DNA of 64,000 nt from Scenedesmus sp. PABB004. Taxonomy: Eukaryota. A model generated the notes under the pieces. That model did no database searches. It was not told the origin of the DNA and saw only the letters and a program-made list of their open reading frames with translations. Location of the stretch: the NCBI GenBank assembly GCA_014905635.1, contig JABVCE010000028.1, forward strand, positions 186,001-250,000. The letters are read 5' to 3'. This document shows positions 49,901 through 64,000 of the stretch, one piece after another. Made by a program: the position numbers and the translations under genes. Position 1 is the first letter of the stretch. The number at the start of each line of letters is the position of its first letter.

Positions 49901-51179
49901 CCAGGCCACCTCATGGTGAGGCCCCGAGTGCCTCAGGGCCTCAGGGCGCCCCAGAGTCGGGCGCCGCGCAGCCCCCGCCGGGCTGCCGCACGGCACGCGG
50001 CTGCTGGCGCGGCACCGGCACTCGCTCGGCGCAGCGCCCCGCTCGCCGCGCCGCTCCGCTCAACCGACCGCTTGACACCGCCGCCAGGAGCTGGGCTACA
50101 ACGCAATCCACTTCAACCAGCTCGCGCACAGCTGGGTGCGCGACGTGGCGGTCGTCAACTCTGACAGCGCCTTTTACAGCTGGGGCATGGTCGCCTGCAC
50201 GCTGGACCGGCTCGAGGTCGCCAGCGGGCCCCGCGGCTACGACAACGGCCACCGGTGCGCGCGCCGCGCCGCGCGGCCGGCCGGCCCGCCGGCCCGCGGG
50301 CCCGTGCGCGGCGTCCGGCGCGGCGCCCCCTGCGCGCGCCGCGCCGACTGCGCCCGCCGCGCACACCGCCTGGCGCACGCACGCGCCGCGCAGCGGCATC
50401 TGGCTGGAGCGGGGTCAGGACAACCTGATCGTGAACTTCAACATCTCCACCCAGATGTACCACGACCTCTCGGTCAGCTTCTTCGAGCACAGCACCGCCT
50501 TTGTCAACGGCACCGGCAAGGTGAGGTTGAGGCGCGCGTGGGGCCCCCACGCGCGGCCGCCACCACCGCGCGCCGCACCGCGCGCGCGCGCGCGGCCGCG
50601 GCCGCGCGACCGCGCCCGCCGCCGCCGGGGCCGCGCAGGACGTCAACATGGACCACCACCGCGCCGCGCCGTACGCGGTGCTGTGGTCAAACCTCGACCT
50701 CGGCATCGGCAGCCGCGCGTTTGACTCCAGCGGCAACGAGCTGCTCAATGGCGAGCACAGCAGCAGCTTCATCACCTTCTGGAACGTCAGGTGCGCGCAC
50801 GTGCAGCGCGCGCTGCCGTCGCACGCTGCACGCGGCGCTGCGCCACCACCGACGGCACCGCGGCGGTGCGGCCCGGCCCGCCGCGCGCGCGGCGCGGCCC
50901 GCAAACCCCGCGCTGCTCTGCGCCGCGCGGGGGCGCAGGGGCAAGCTCAACGCGCTGCTGCCGGAGGTGGGCTTTGGGCCCAACCTCAACTTCATCGGCC
51001 TCAAGAGCCAGGACTGGGTCACCAGCCCCCACGGCTGGCTGCTGGAGAAGCCGCCCGCGGCGCTGTCGCCGGCCGACCTCTACAGCGCGCAGAAGCTCAC
51101 GCGCCGCGCGCGCCTCGTGCAGCCGCCCGGCGCGCCGCGCCCGCTCGGCACGTGCGCGCCGGGCCGCCTCGTGCTGTGA
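42079..51179 (+). CDS. Large secreted protein with three tandem [Cys-rich module + pectin-lyase-like beta-helix (Pectate_lyase_3/GH55-like N-terminus)] units; roughly 30 introns
   Basis: Signal peptide. Three copies of S.(L/H)(W/F)GCAGE...RL.DWS.AGY..G..P.P, (Y/F)GA.GD...DD.AAF, P.G.Y, VL(R/K)G, G.W...G.D, P.DL.AAQ. Splicing joins the units in frame (FGPG|YGCDP, ASAT|APSAHFGC); TGA at 51177-51179. Confidence 0.85.
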
Positions 51180-52235
51180 TGCGCGGCTGCGCTGCGCGGG
51201 CTCGGCGGCGCCCGCGCTGCGCTGGCGCGCGCTGCCGCGGCCGCGCTGCAGCTGGTCGGGAGAGTTGCCACACGCCCGCGGGCGACTTCGGTGGGGTGAG
51301 GGTGCGGGCAGCCACGCCCGCGTGCACTCGCATTCGCGCCGGTGGGTGGGCACGCAGCTTGAGCCACACTGACTGTATAGACTAGGGGAGAGGGGTTTGA
51401 TTGGCGGGGGCGGCTGCAGGCAGACATTGATGAGGCGCGGGCAGGCTGAGAGCTGCTGTTCTGTTGCCGAGCCGCGCCGGGCAGCCTCGGACGGGTGCGT
51501 TGGCCCACGTGCAGTTACTCTAGAGACCGTTCCCGCGCGTGCGTTGCGCCCCGTGCCCTCCACACACACAACCGCAACAAACAGCAACACACCCAGAGCC
51601 AACGCCGCGGCGCAGGCGCGCCCAGCTGCAACACACGCACGCGGTGCGTCAACACGTGTGGGGTTTGCCGCCAGTCGAAAGGGATTGGTGTTCGGCCCTC
51701 TAGGGGGCAGGCCTGATGTGACCTGCAACAGTGTAGACCCTATTCAAGCGCGAGCACGCCCAACCCGGCCCTCGCCCTGCCTCACCCCGCGCACCCCTCT
51801 CTCCGGTGCGGCCCAGCCCGAGCTGCCGGCTGTCAGCGCTCGGCAGGCGCGGCAAGATCAAGTCAAACGCGCGGATGCAGGTTCCGTCGCATACCATGGC
51901 ACAGAGCGCTTGGGTTCGGGGCGGCACGTGTCCACAGCATGCGCCGTGGTGGGGGCCCGCCGCACGCTCTCTCTCCCACTCTCTCTCATAGGCCGCCGGT
52001 GTGCTGCACCAGCAGGCGGCATGCGCTGCATGGGTGCATGCAGTGCGGGGCGCGGGCGCTTGCGTGGCTGAGCACAGGCTCCAGCATGCGCACCCCTGGC
52101 CCATAGCGAGCAAGCACAGGTGCTGCAGGCGATCAGCCCAGAGCTGCCGCGAAGCGGGCCGGCTGGCGTCGGCCGGCTCCCCGAGGGAGGCGACCGTGGG
52201 CGTGTGCGCCCGCCGCCGCCATCGCAGCGCGCGGC

Positions 52236-55200
52236 TCACTGCCGCGCGACAATCAGCGCGCCGCTCGCGGCGGGCAGGGGCAGCTCGTAGCCGCACCGCC
52301 CCGACGGGAACGTGCGCGGCGACAGCGGCTCGCTCGCGCGCTGGCCCATGATCCTGCCGGCGTAGCCGGCGCCCTCGTAGGTCTGGCCCGCGACGCTGAT
52401 GCCGCCCTTGCCCAGCAGGCCGCCCGGGCCCGGCAGCAGCCGGCTGACGGTGGCGGGCTTGCTGCAATAGCTCTGCTCGACCAGGACCTGCACGTTGCAG
52501 TCATGCTTGCCACTCTTGTTGATCAGCGTGACGCGCAGCTCGCCGCTGTCGGCGCGCAGCGCGTGGATCTGCGCGCGGCGGGTGGCGTGTGGGCGACGCA
52601 AAGCTGACAAGGTCAGCGCACCCATGAGTGCCTGGTCAACTGTGCCATGCTGGCAGTGTGCAGCACGCCAGAAGCCGCACCTTGATGTTGGCCACGCAGG
52701 CGCCTTTCTGCTCGATCTTGGCGCCGACAAAGTTGGAGTCGGCGAAGCGGCCATAGTCGCCCGCCGACGCGAGCGTCCACAGCAGGTACCCGTACCAGGG
52801 CGCGTGAATGCTCGGCCACGGCACGGGCGGCTCGCCGGCGGCCACCTGCGGCGGCGTGCGCGCGCTGCTCGGCCCGAGCCCGGCGGCCGGCTGCGGGGGG
52901 GCATGCCGCGGCTGCGCCGCCAGCGCAGTCACCGCAGCTGCACCGCCAGCGCGGCCGCCGCACCTCAAAGTGGAAGTTGGTCTGCACGCCGGTGTTGGGA
53001 GAGCCCAGCGAGCCGGAGGGGTGGCCGCCGATGCCCCAGTGCAGGTGGAAGCCCTCGGCGCCGGCCTTGGCAAAGGTGAACAGCGCGTCCGCCACCCACA
53101 GCCCGCCCACGAGCGTGTCACTCAGGCCCGCGCGGCCGCCGCCATAGCTGCGGCGCAGGGCGCGGCGAGGGGGAGGCACGTGAGTGCGCGCGGCTCTGGC
53201 AGCGGCGTGGTGCAGCGCTGGTCAGCGCTGATCAGCGCTCAGCGTCGCCTAGCGCAGCACTCACAGGCTGTTGGTCTCGCTGATGCGGAGGGGCAGCTTC
53301 TCCTTGGACACGATGCGCTGATACTCGCCAAACTTGTTCAGCCCAAAGTCCTGCAGCGGCTGCGCCAGCAGCTGCTGCGCGGTGACCGTCTCATTGTTGA
53401 TATACCTGGCGCGCGGGCGGGCGGGCAGGCGGGCGGGCGGGCAGGCGGGCGGGCGCTCGTGGTCAGGCGGCTGTGTCGGAGCGGTCCCGCGCGCGTGCTG
53501 TGCGCGGCCTTGTGCCCAGCGCGGCGGCAGCTCACGGGTAATAGTGGACGTTGACCTCTTTGAGGTAGCAGTCCTTGCCCTGATACATGATGCGGGCGGC
53601 CCAGTTGGGCGGCTGCGTGTTGACGTTGCCTGCGGCGCAGTGGCGGCGCCAGAGTCAGCCGGGGCGCGGCGCGCTGTCTGCGGCTGCTGACCACTGCTGC
53701 TTGGCAGCAGCATGCTGCGCTGCGCACGCACCCCAGCCGGGCCCGGACAGGGTCTTCTTGCCCGAGTTGCAGGGGTTGAGCGCGAGCGCCACCTTGTGGA
53801 ACCACAGCGCATACGCGTCAATGCCGGACTTCCACTTGCCGTCCTTGTCCCAGCCACCCATGCCGGTCGGCCAGAACTCGGGCTGCAGGCGGCAGAGACG
53901 GGTGGCCACGCGTGAGCGCCAGCGCAGCACAAGACTGCCAGCCGCCTGGTGCTGGTGCTGCGCTCTGCTCGGCCCGGCGCAGCTCACCTCGTTGCCGAGC
54001 TCGTAAAACATGATGGAGTCGCCCAGCCATTTCTGCGACACTCCGATGAGCTGCTTGGACAGGGCCACCGCGTTCTTGGGCCACAGCGGCAGGCCAAAGA
54101 TGAAGCGGCAGCCGGTGGCCTTCTGCAGGCTGGCCAGCGCGCGCCACGTCTCCTCGCCCGGCACCTCTGTCATCTTGTCCTGGCTGGCGCCGCCGACGCG
54201 GATGATGGGGCTGGGCGAGAGCATCTTGAACACCTCGGCCCACGCCTGCACCTGCCGCGGGTCGCCGTAGTCGTGCACCCGCTGGTATTCGTGGCTGGTC
54301 GCGCAAAACGTTGACGGCACGCGCTTGCCCCACTTGCCAAGGTCGACCGCGGCGGTGACGGTGGGCCACTTGGGCACCGGCGCATCGAGCCGGCGCTGCG
54401 GCGACTGCTTGCCCGCTCCGCGCTGTTGCCCTTGCTGCCCGCTGGCGCCGCGCTGGGCGAGCATGCGGGGTGTCGCGCCCTCGTCCGGCCCTGCCTCGCC
54501 AGCTCTGCTTGCTTCTCTGGCGGCCTTGCCCCGCTCCAGGGCGGGCCGCGTAGCGCCAGCTGCGGCATGGCTGCCAGCGTCGCTGCGCTGGCCGCCGGCC
54601 TCCGGCTCCGCGCTGCCCGGCGGCGGCGGCCCTGGCGCGCGGGGGCGCAGGCAGAGCGGGCGCGGGTGAAGCTGCGCACGTCGAGCTGTGGACCAGCGGT
54701 CCAGAGCCACACAAACTCACCTCCGCAGACGCCGGCCGAGCAGGCGCGGCCGCGCCCACACGCCGCGCCGTCCGCCAGCGGCCGGCAGCTGCTGGCCGCC
54801 GCGCCGGCCGCCATGTCGGCCATCAGGCACTCCGCGTCGATGCCCGAGCAGGCATCTGCGGTGGTGGAGGGCAGCAGGGAGAGAGGGCGGAGCGGCGGGG
54901 CCGCGGCCGTTGGGCAGCGCGCGCTGCGTGTGGTGACGCCGCCGCGCCGCTGCTGCGCGCGGTGCCCCCGGGCCCGCTGCGCGCCCAGGCCGCGTGGCGC
55001 CAGCAGCCGTGCGCCCGTGGCGCCGCTCACAGGAGTCTGGGCTGGCTCGGCGCCAGGCCGCGGCCGCCTGCCACCGCTCCTCGCCCGCCGCGGCCGCGAA
55101 GGCGTCGCAGTGGCGCCGCCCCGCGCCGGGGGCGAGGGCGGCGCAGAAGGGAGGCGCAGGCGCGGCGATCGGGCCGCCAGGGGCCCGGCCCTGCCGCTGG

Positions 55201-55280
55201 AGGGCGAGGCCGCATCCTACGACCGCCGCAAGCGCCAGGGCCGCCCCCACGCGCCGCGCCATGGGGCGCTCCGGCCCCAT
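52236..55280 (-). CDS. Glycoside hydrolase family 79 (beta-glucuronidase/heparanase-like), copy A, with N-terminal anchor and Cys-rich domain
   Basis: IIRVGGASQD, YELGNE|PEFW (acid/base), LRISETNSL|YGGGRAGLSDT (nucleophile), LWVADALF, PWYGYL and LRVTLINK. Confidence 0.88.
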
Positions 55281-56426
55281 GCGCGTGACGGCTCCACGCG
55301 GAGCGGCTCCGCGGCAGGACGCGCGCTGTTGCAGGGCGCCACGCAGCAGGCCGCTTGCGAACGAACGCTGCCTGCAGCTCTGGGCGTGCGTGTGGGCCGT
55401 GCCCTGCCGCGGAGAAGCTGCGATCGCTGCGTGGAGCCGTGCAGAGGCACCGGCCGCACGCGCTGCCGGCTCTGCCTCTTCGCTCGCCGCCGCGTGGGAA
55501 CTGCGCCGCCGGCCGGCCGCGCGTGTGCCTCGAGTTCCTGTGCCTCGCGTTCCGATTGCGCCACGCCGTCGCGGCGTCGCAGCCGCTGCGGGGCCAGCTC
55601 GCCGCCCGCGACGGCGCGCGAGCCGGAGTGCACGACCACCCCGCGCCCGCCGGCGCGCCCCGAGTGCCTGCTCACGTTATTGACCCAGCCAGCAAGGAGG
55701 AAGGTCAAGGCCACGCCCTCTCACGCCCCCTGCCGGTCATCTGGCGTGCACTCGCATCGCTGACTGCCTGCCCCTGGTGTGCCGCTCGCCCCCGCCCGAC
55801 GCTGCTATATGACAAGAGCCCTCTGCAGCTCCAGTCTGCAGCTCTAGTCTGCCCGCCTGCACTCGCCTGCCCCCCTACATGCCCCCACCTCCACGCCGCC
55901 GACCCGCCCTCATGTGTGCGGAGGGCGGGCCGACACAGAGGCGCAATCGAGGCGCGCGTGCAGCCCGCCGCGCGTGCAGCCCGCTGCGCGTGCACAGCCC
56001 GCACACACGTGTGTCGTCAGTGTGGCTGAGCGATTGGGAGGGCTTGAGCACAAACCCAAGCAGCACCGCTGGCACGCGTGCCACAATCAGGGGCTCGCAC
56101 AGAGGCCAGCGGGTGCACAGAGGTCAGCGCACATGCGGCGCCCGCGGCAGCGCATGAAATGCGACACGAGCTGCGCCGCGGCCGCTCGAGAACGGCCGTC
56201 GGCGCAGCGTCAGCGCGAGGAAGCCGCCAGGCGCGCGCCTGCAGGGCACGTGCCCGCGGCACGTGCATGTGATGTGATCGCCCGGTGATGATGAGAGCCC
56301 CCGGCCTAACCAATGATGAGAGCCGGCCCCCGGCCAGCCGGCGGCGTGCGGGCGGGTGCGCCCTGCGCCCCGGCAGCAACAACAGCTTCGCACGCACAAC
56401 CACCCCGCCCACCCCGCCCGCAGGCC

Positions 56427-59400
56427 TCACTGCCGCGCCACCAGGAGCGCCGCCGACGCGCCGGGCAGGGGCAGCTCAAAGCCACAGCCCGCGCCGAACC
56501 GGCGGGGCTGGACGTCGACCGAGCTGCGCGTGCCGTGCGGCTTGCCGTCATAGCCATTGCCGTCGTAGGTCTGGCCCGCGATGCTGATGCCGTCCTTGCC
56601 GTTCAAGCGAAGCGGGCCCGGCAGCAGCCGGCTGACGGTGGCGGGCTTGCTGCAGTAGCTCTGCTCGACCAGGACCTGCACGTTGCAGTCCTGCAAGCCG
56701 CTCTTGTTGATCAGCGTGACGCGCAGCTCGCCGCTGTCGGCGCGCAGCGCGTGGATCTGCGTGGCAGGCCAGCGGGCGCGGCGGCGTGAGCGCGCACTGG
56801 GGTCCCGGGAGCTGCTGATGACGACACGCGCCGGGCGCTGCGGGCGCCGCGCCGCGACCGCTGGCAGTCGCACCTTGATGTTGGCTTTGCACGCTCCCTT
56901 GCTGGTGAGCTGGGCGCCGACAAAGTTGGAGTCGGCGAAGCGGCCATAGTCGCCCGCCGACGCGAGCGTCCACAGCAGGTACCCGTACCAGGGCGCGTGA
57001 ATGCTCGGCCACGGCACGGGCGGCTCGCCGGCGGCCACCTGCGGCGGCGGGCGCGCGCTGCTCGGCCCGAGCCCGGCGGCCGGCTGCGGGGGGGGCATGC
57101 CGCGGCTGCGCCGCCAGCGCAGTCACCGCAGCTGCACCGCCAGCGCGGCCGCCGCACCTCAAAGTGGAAGTTGGTCTGCACGCCGGTGTTGGGAGAGCCC
57201 AGCGAGCCGGAGGGGTGGCCGCCGATGCCCCAGTGCAGGTGGAAGCCCTCGGCGCCGGCCTTGGCAAAGGTGAACAGCGCGTCCGCCACCCACAGCCCGC
57301 CCACGAGCGTGTCACTCAGGCCCGCGCGGCCGCCGCCATAGCTGCGGCGCAGGGCGCGGCGAGGGGGAGGCACGTGAGTGCGCGCGGCTCTGGCAGCGGC
57401 GTGGTGCAGCGCTGGTCAGCGCTGATCAGCGCTCAGCGTCGCCTAGCGCAGCACTCACAGGCTGTTGGTCTCGCTGATGCGGAGGGGCAGCTTCTCCTTG
57501 GACACGATGCGCTGATACTCGCCAAACTTGTTCAGCCCAAAGTCCTGCAGCGGCTGCGCCAGCAGCTGCTGCGCGGTGACCGTCTCATTGTTGATATACC
57601 TGGCGCGCGGGCGGGCGGGCAGGCGGGCGGGCGGGCAGGCGGGCGGGCGCTCGTGGTCAGGCGGCTGTGTCGGAGCGGTCCCGCGCGCGTGCTGTGCGCG
57701 GCCTTGTGCCCAGCGCGGCGGCAGCTCACGGGTAATAGTGGACGTTGACCTCTTTGAGGTAGCAGTCCTTGCCCTGATACATGATGCGGGCGGCCCAGTT
57801 GGGCGGCTGCGTGTTGACGTTGCCTGCGGCGCAGTGGCGGCGCCAGAGTCAGCCGGGGCGCGGCGCGCTGTCTGCGGCTGCTGACCACTGCTGCTTGGCA
57901 GCAGCATGCTGCGCTGCGCACGCACCCCAGCCGGGCCCGGACAGGGTCTTCTTGCCCGAGTTGCAGGGGTTGAGCGCGAGCGCCACCTTGTGGAACCACA
58001 GCGCATACGCGTCAATGCCGGACTTCCACTTGCCGTCCTTGTCCCAGCCACCCATGCCGGTCGGCCAGAACTCGGGCTGCAGAGGCGGGGCAGCAAGACG
58101 GGCAGTGAGCCAGCACGCGTGAGCGGCAGCGCAGCACAAGACTGCCAGCCGCCTGGCGCTGCTGCTGCGCTCAGCTCCGCTCGGCCCGGCGCAGCTCACC
58201 TCGTTGCCGAGCTCGTAAAACATGATGGAGTCGCCCAGCCATTTCTGCGACACTCCGATGAGCTGCTTGGACAGGGCCACCGCGTTCTTGGGCCACAGCG
58301 GCAGGCCAAAGATGAAGCGGCAGCCGGTGGCCTTCTGCAGGCTGGCCAGCGCGCGCCACGTCTCCTCGCCCGGCACCTCTGTCATCTTGTCCTGGCTGGC
58401 GCCGCCGACGCGGATGATGGGGCTGGGCGAGAGCATTTTGAACACCTCGGCCCACGCCTGCACCTGCCGCGGGTCGCCGTAGTCGTGCACTCGGTCGTAC
58501 TCGTGGCTGGTCGCGCAAAACGTCGACGGCACGCGCTTGCCCCACTTGCCCAGGTCCACGAGCCCCGTGGCGGTCGGCCACTCGGGCACCGGCGCTGACA
58601 GGCGCTGCGCCTGGAGCTGGGCGAGCGCGCGCGGCACGGGCCCCTCGCCGGCTGCGCTGGCCGCAGCGCCGCGCTGCACGGCAGCCTCGCCGCCCTGCTG
58701 CGTCCCAGCCACGGCGCTCTCCCAGGGGCGGGCGGCGACTGCCGCCTTGGCCGCCGGCTCGACCGCCCGCTCCTGCTCCGCTCCACTCGTCGCCATCGCA
58801 GGGCCTGCGGGGCGCGTGCGCAGGCGTGGGCCGCTGCTGCTGCCGCTGCTGTGGGCACAACGAAGGCCGCCACCGCGCACCCACCTCCGCAGACGCCGGC
58901 CGAGCAGGCGCGGCTGCGCCCGCACGCCTCGCCCTCCGCCAGCGGCCGGCAGCTGCTGGCCGCCGCGCCGGCCGCCATGTCGGCCATCAGGCACTCCGCG
59001 TCGATGCCCGAGCAGGCGTCTGCGGTGGTGGAGGGCAGCGGGGAGAGGGGGCGGGGCCGGCGGCGCAGCGGCCGTTGGGCAGCGCGCGCTGCGTGTGGTG
59101 ACGCCGCCGCGCCGCTGCTGCGCGCGGTGCCCCCGGGCCCGCTGCGCGCCCAGGCCGCGTGGCGCCAGCAGCCGTGCGCCCGTGGCGCCGCTCACAGGAG
59201 TCTGGGCTGGCTCGGCGCCAGGCCGCGGCCGCCTGCCACCGCTCCTCGCCCGCCGCGGCCGCGAAGGCGTCGCAGTGGCGCCGCCCCGCGCCGGGGGCGA
59301 GGGCGGCGCAGAAGGGAGCCGCGGGCGCGGCGATCGGGCCGCCAGGGGCCCACAGCGACGTCCCAGCGCCCAGCGCGAGGGCTGCGCCAGCCAGCACCAG

Positions 59401-59484
59401 CAGCGCGCCCAGCCGCGCCCGGCTGGGTCCCTGACCACCATCAGACGGCGCACGCCCAGCGCACGGCGACCACGGGGCGGCCAT
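56427..59484 (-). CDS. Glycoside hydrolase family 79, copy B (tandem duplicate)
   Basis: Same exon structure and catalytic motifs as copy A, offset about 4.2 kb. Confidence 0.88.
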
Positions 59485-59875
59485 AGGTGGCGGGCCGCCG
59501 CCGCGAGGAGCTGCCGCGCGCTGGCGAGCGATGCTGCGCCCACCAGCCCGCGCGCGGCCCTCGCGCTGCCGCAGTCCCGCTGCGAGTGGGTCGATCTGCC
59601 CTCCTGCCCGTCTGCGCGGGTCGCCTCGCCTTCACAGGGGCAGCGGTTGAGCCAAGAGGCGACCGGGAACTCGCCAGTCGTCGGGCGCACCCGCGAGCGC
59701 GGCGTGGGCGCGCCGAGCCTCCCCACGCCCAGCCGGCGGCACGACCGTGCGCTGGCGGGCACGGGCGACGCCGCCGCAGCCTGGGAGCGCCGCGGCGTGC
59801 TGCGCGCCGCGCGCCGCGGCAGGGCGCCTGCGGCGCCGACCGCGCCGCTCCTGCCGCCGCGCGCCGCTGCTGTTG

Positions 59876-59880
59876 TTACA
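59876..59880 (-). terminator. Green-algal polyadenylation signal TGTAA downstream of FtsH
   Basis: TTACA on the + strand, about 40 nt after the FtsH stop codon. Confidence 0.7.
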
Positions 59881-59918
59881 GACACACTGCGCCGCGCCTC
59901 CCTCCCTGCGCGCGCGCC

Positions 59919-64000
<4,082 letters not shown>

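Larger units (their letters stand above)
52236..59484 (-). repeat. Direct tandem gene duplication, period about 4.19 kb
   Basis: ~52720-53885 is almost identical to ~56915-58080 including introns; further shared blocks 53965-54345/58177-58555 and 54720-55185/58884-59350. Confidence 0.95.

Noticed and set aside
42079..51179. Introner-type mobile introns as an explanation for the high intron density
   Set aside because: The introns share only low-complexity CGCGC/GCC motifs, with no recognisable repeated intron family or target-site duplications by eye.
56284..56330. Two TGATGA box-C-like motifs (also at 28830 and 33942)
   Set aside because: No suitably placed box D, terminal stem or rRNA-antisense element was seen, so a snoRNA is unsupported.

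Overview
Gene-dense, extremely GC-rich eukaryotic nuclear DNA, most consistent with a chlorophycean green alga: short introns, plastid-type transit peptides, AP2 factors and a TGTAA poly(A) signal. Most long ORFs in the supplied track are GC artefacts, so the genes were rebuilt by hand-splicing. About 25 genes are supported. Left part: a secreted PhlG/DAPG-hydrolase-like protein, a C1orf109-like gene sitting 15 nt behind a profilin-like gene, CNOT9, a LON-N domain protein, RPB7, a receptor-like kinase, a plastid membrane protein, an S40 protein, RAB2 and RCC1. Middle: a conserved plastid protein, an AsmA-like protein, a secreted orphan, two AP2 factors, two further organellar proteins, RPC8 and an F-box-like protein. 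Right part: a 9-kb gene encoding three tandem pectin-lyase-like beta-helix modules, a tandem pair of GH79 genes, and the 3' part of a mitochondrial m-AAA FtsH. The most striking observations are (1) a very high frequency of AG|GC (GC-AG) introns, (2) a probable bicistronic or readthrough profilin-like/C1orf109-like locus, (3) a secreted glycan-processing cluster, and (4) bacterial-type PhlG-like and AsmA-like genes. No rRNA, tRNA, CRISPR array or transposase was recognised. Family calls come from recalled motifs, not database searches.
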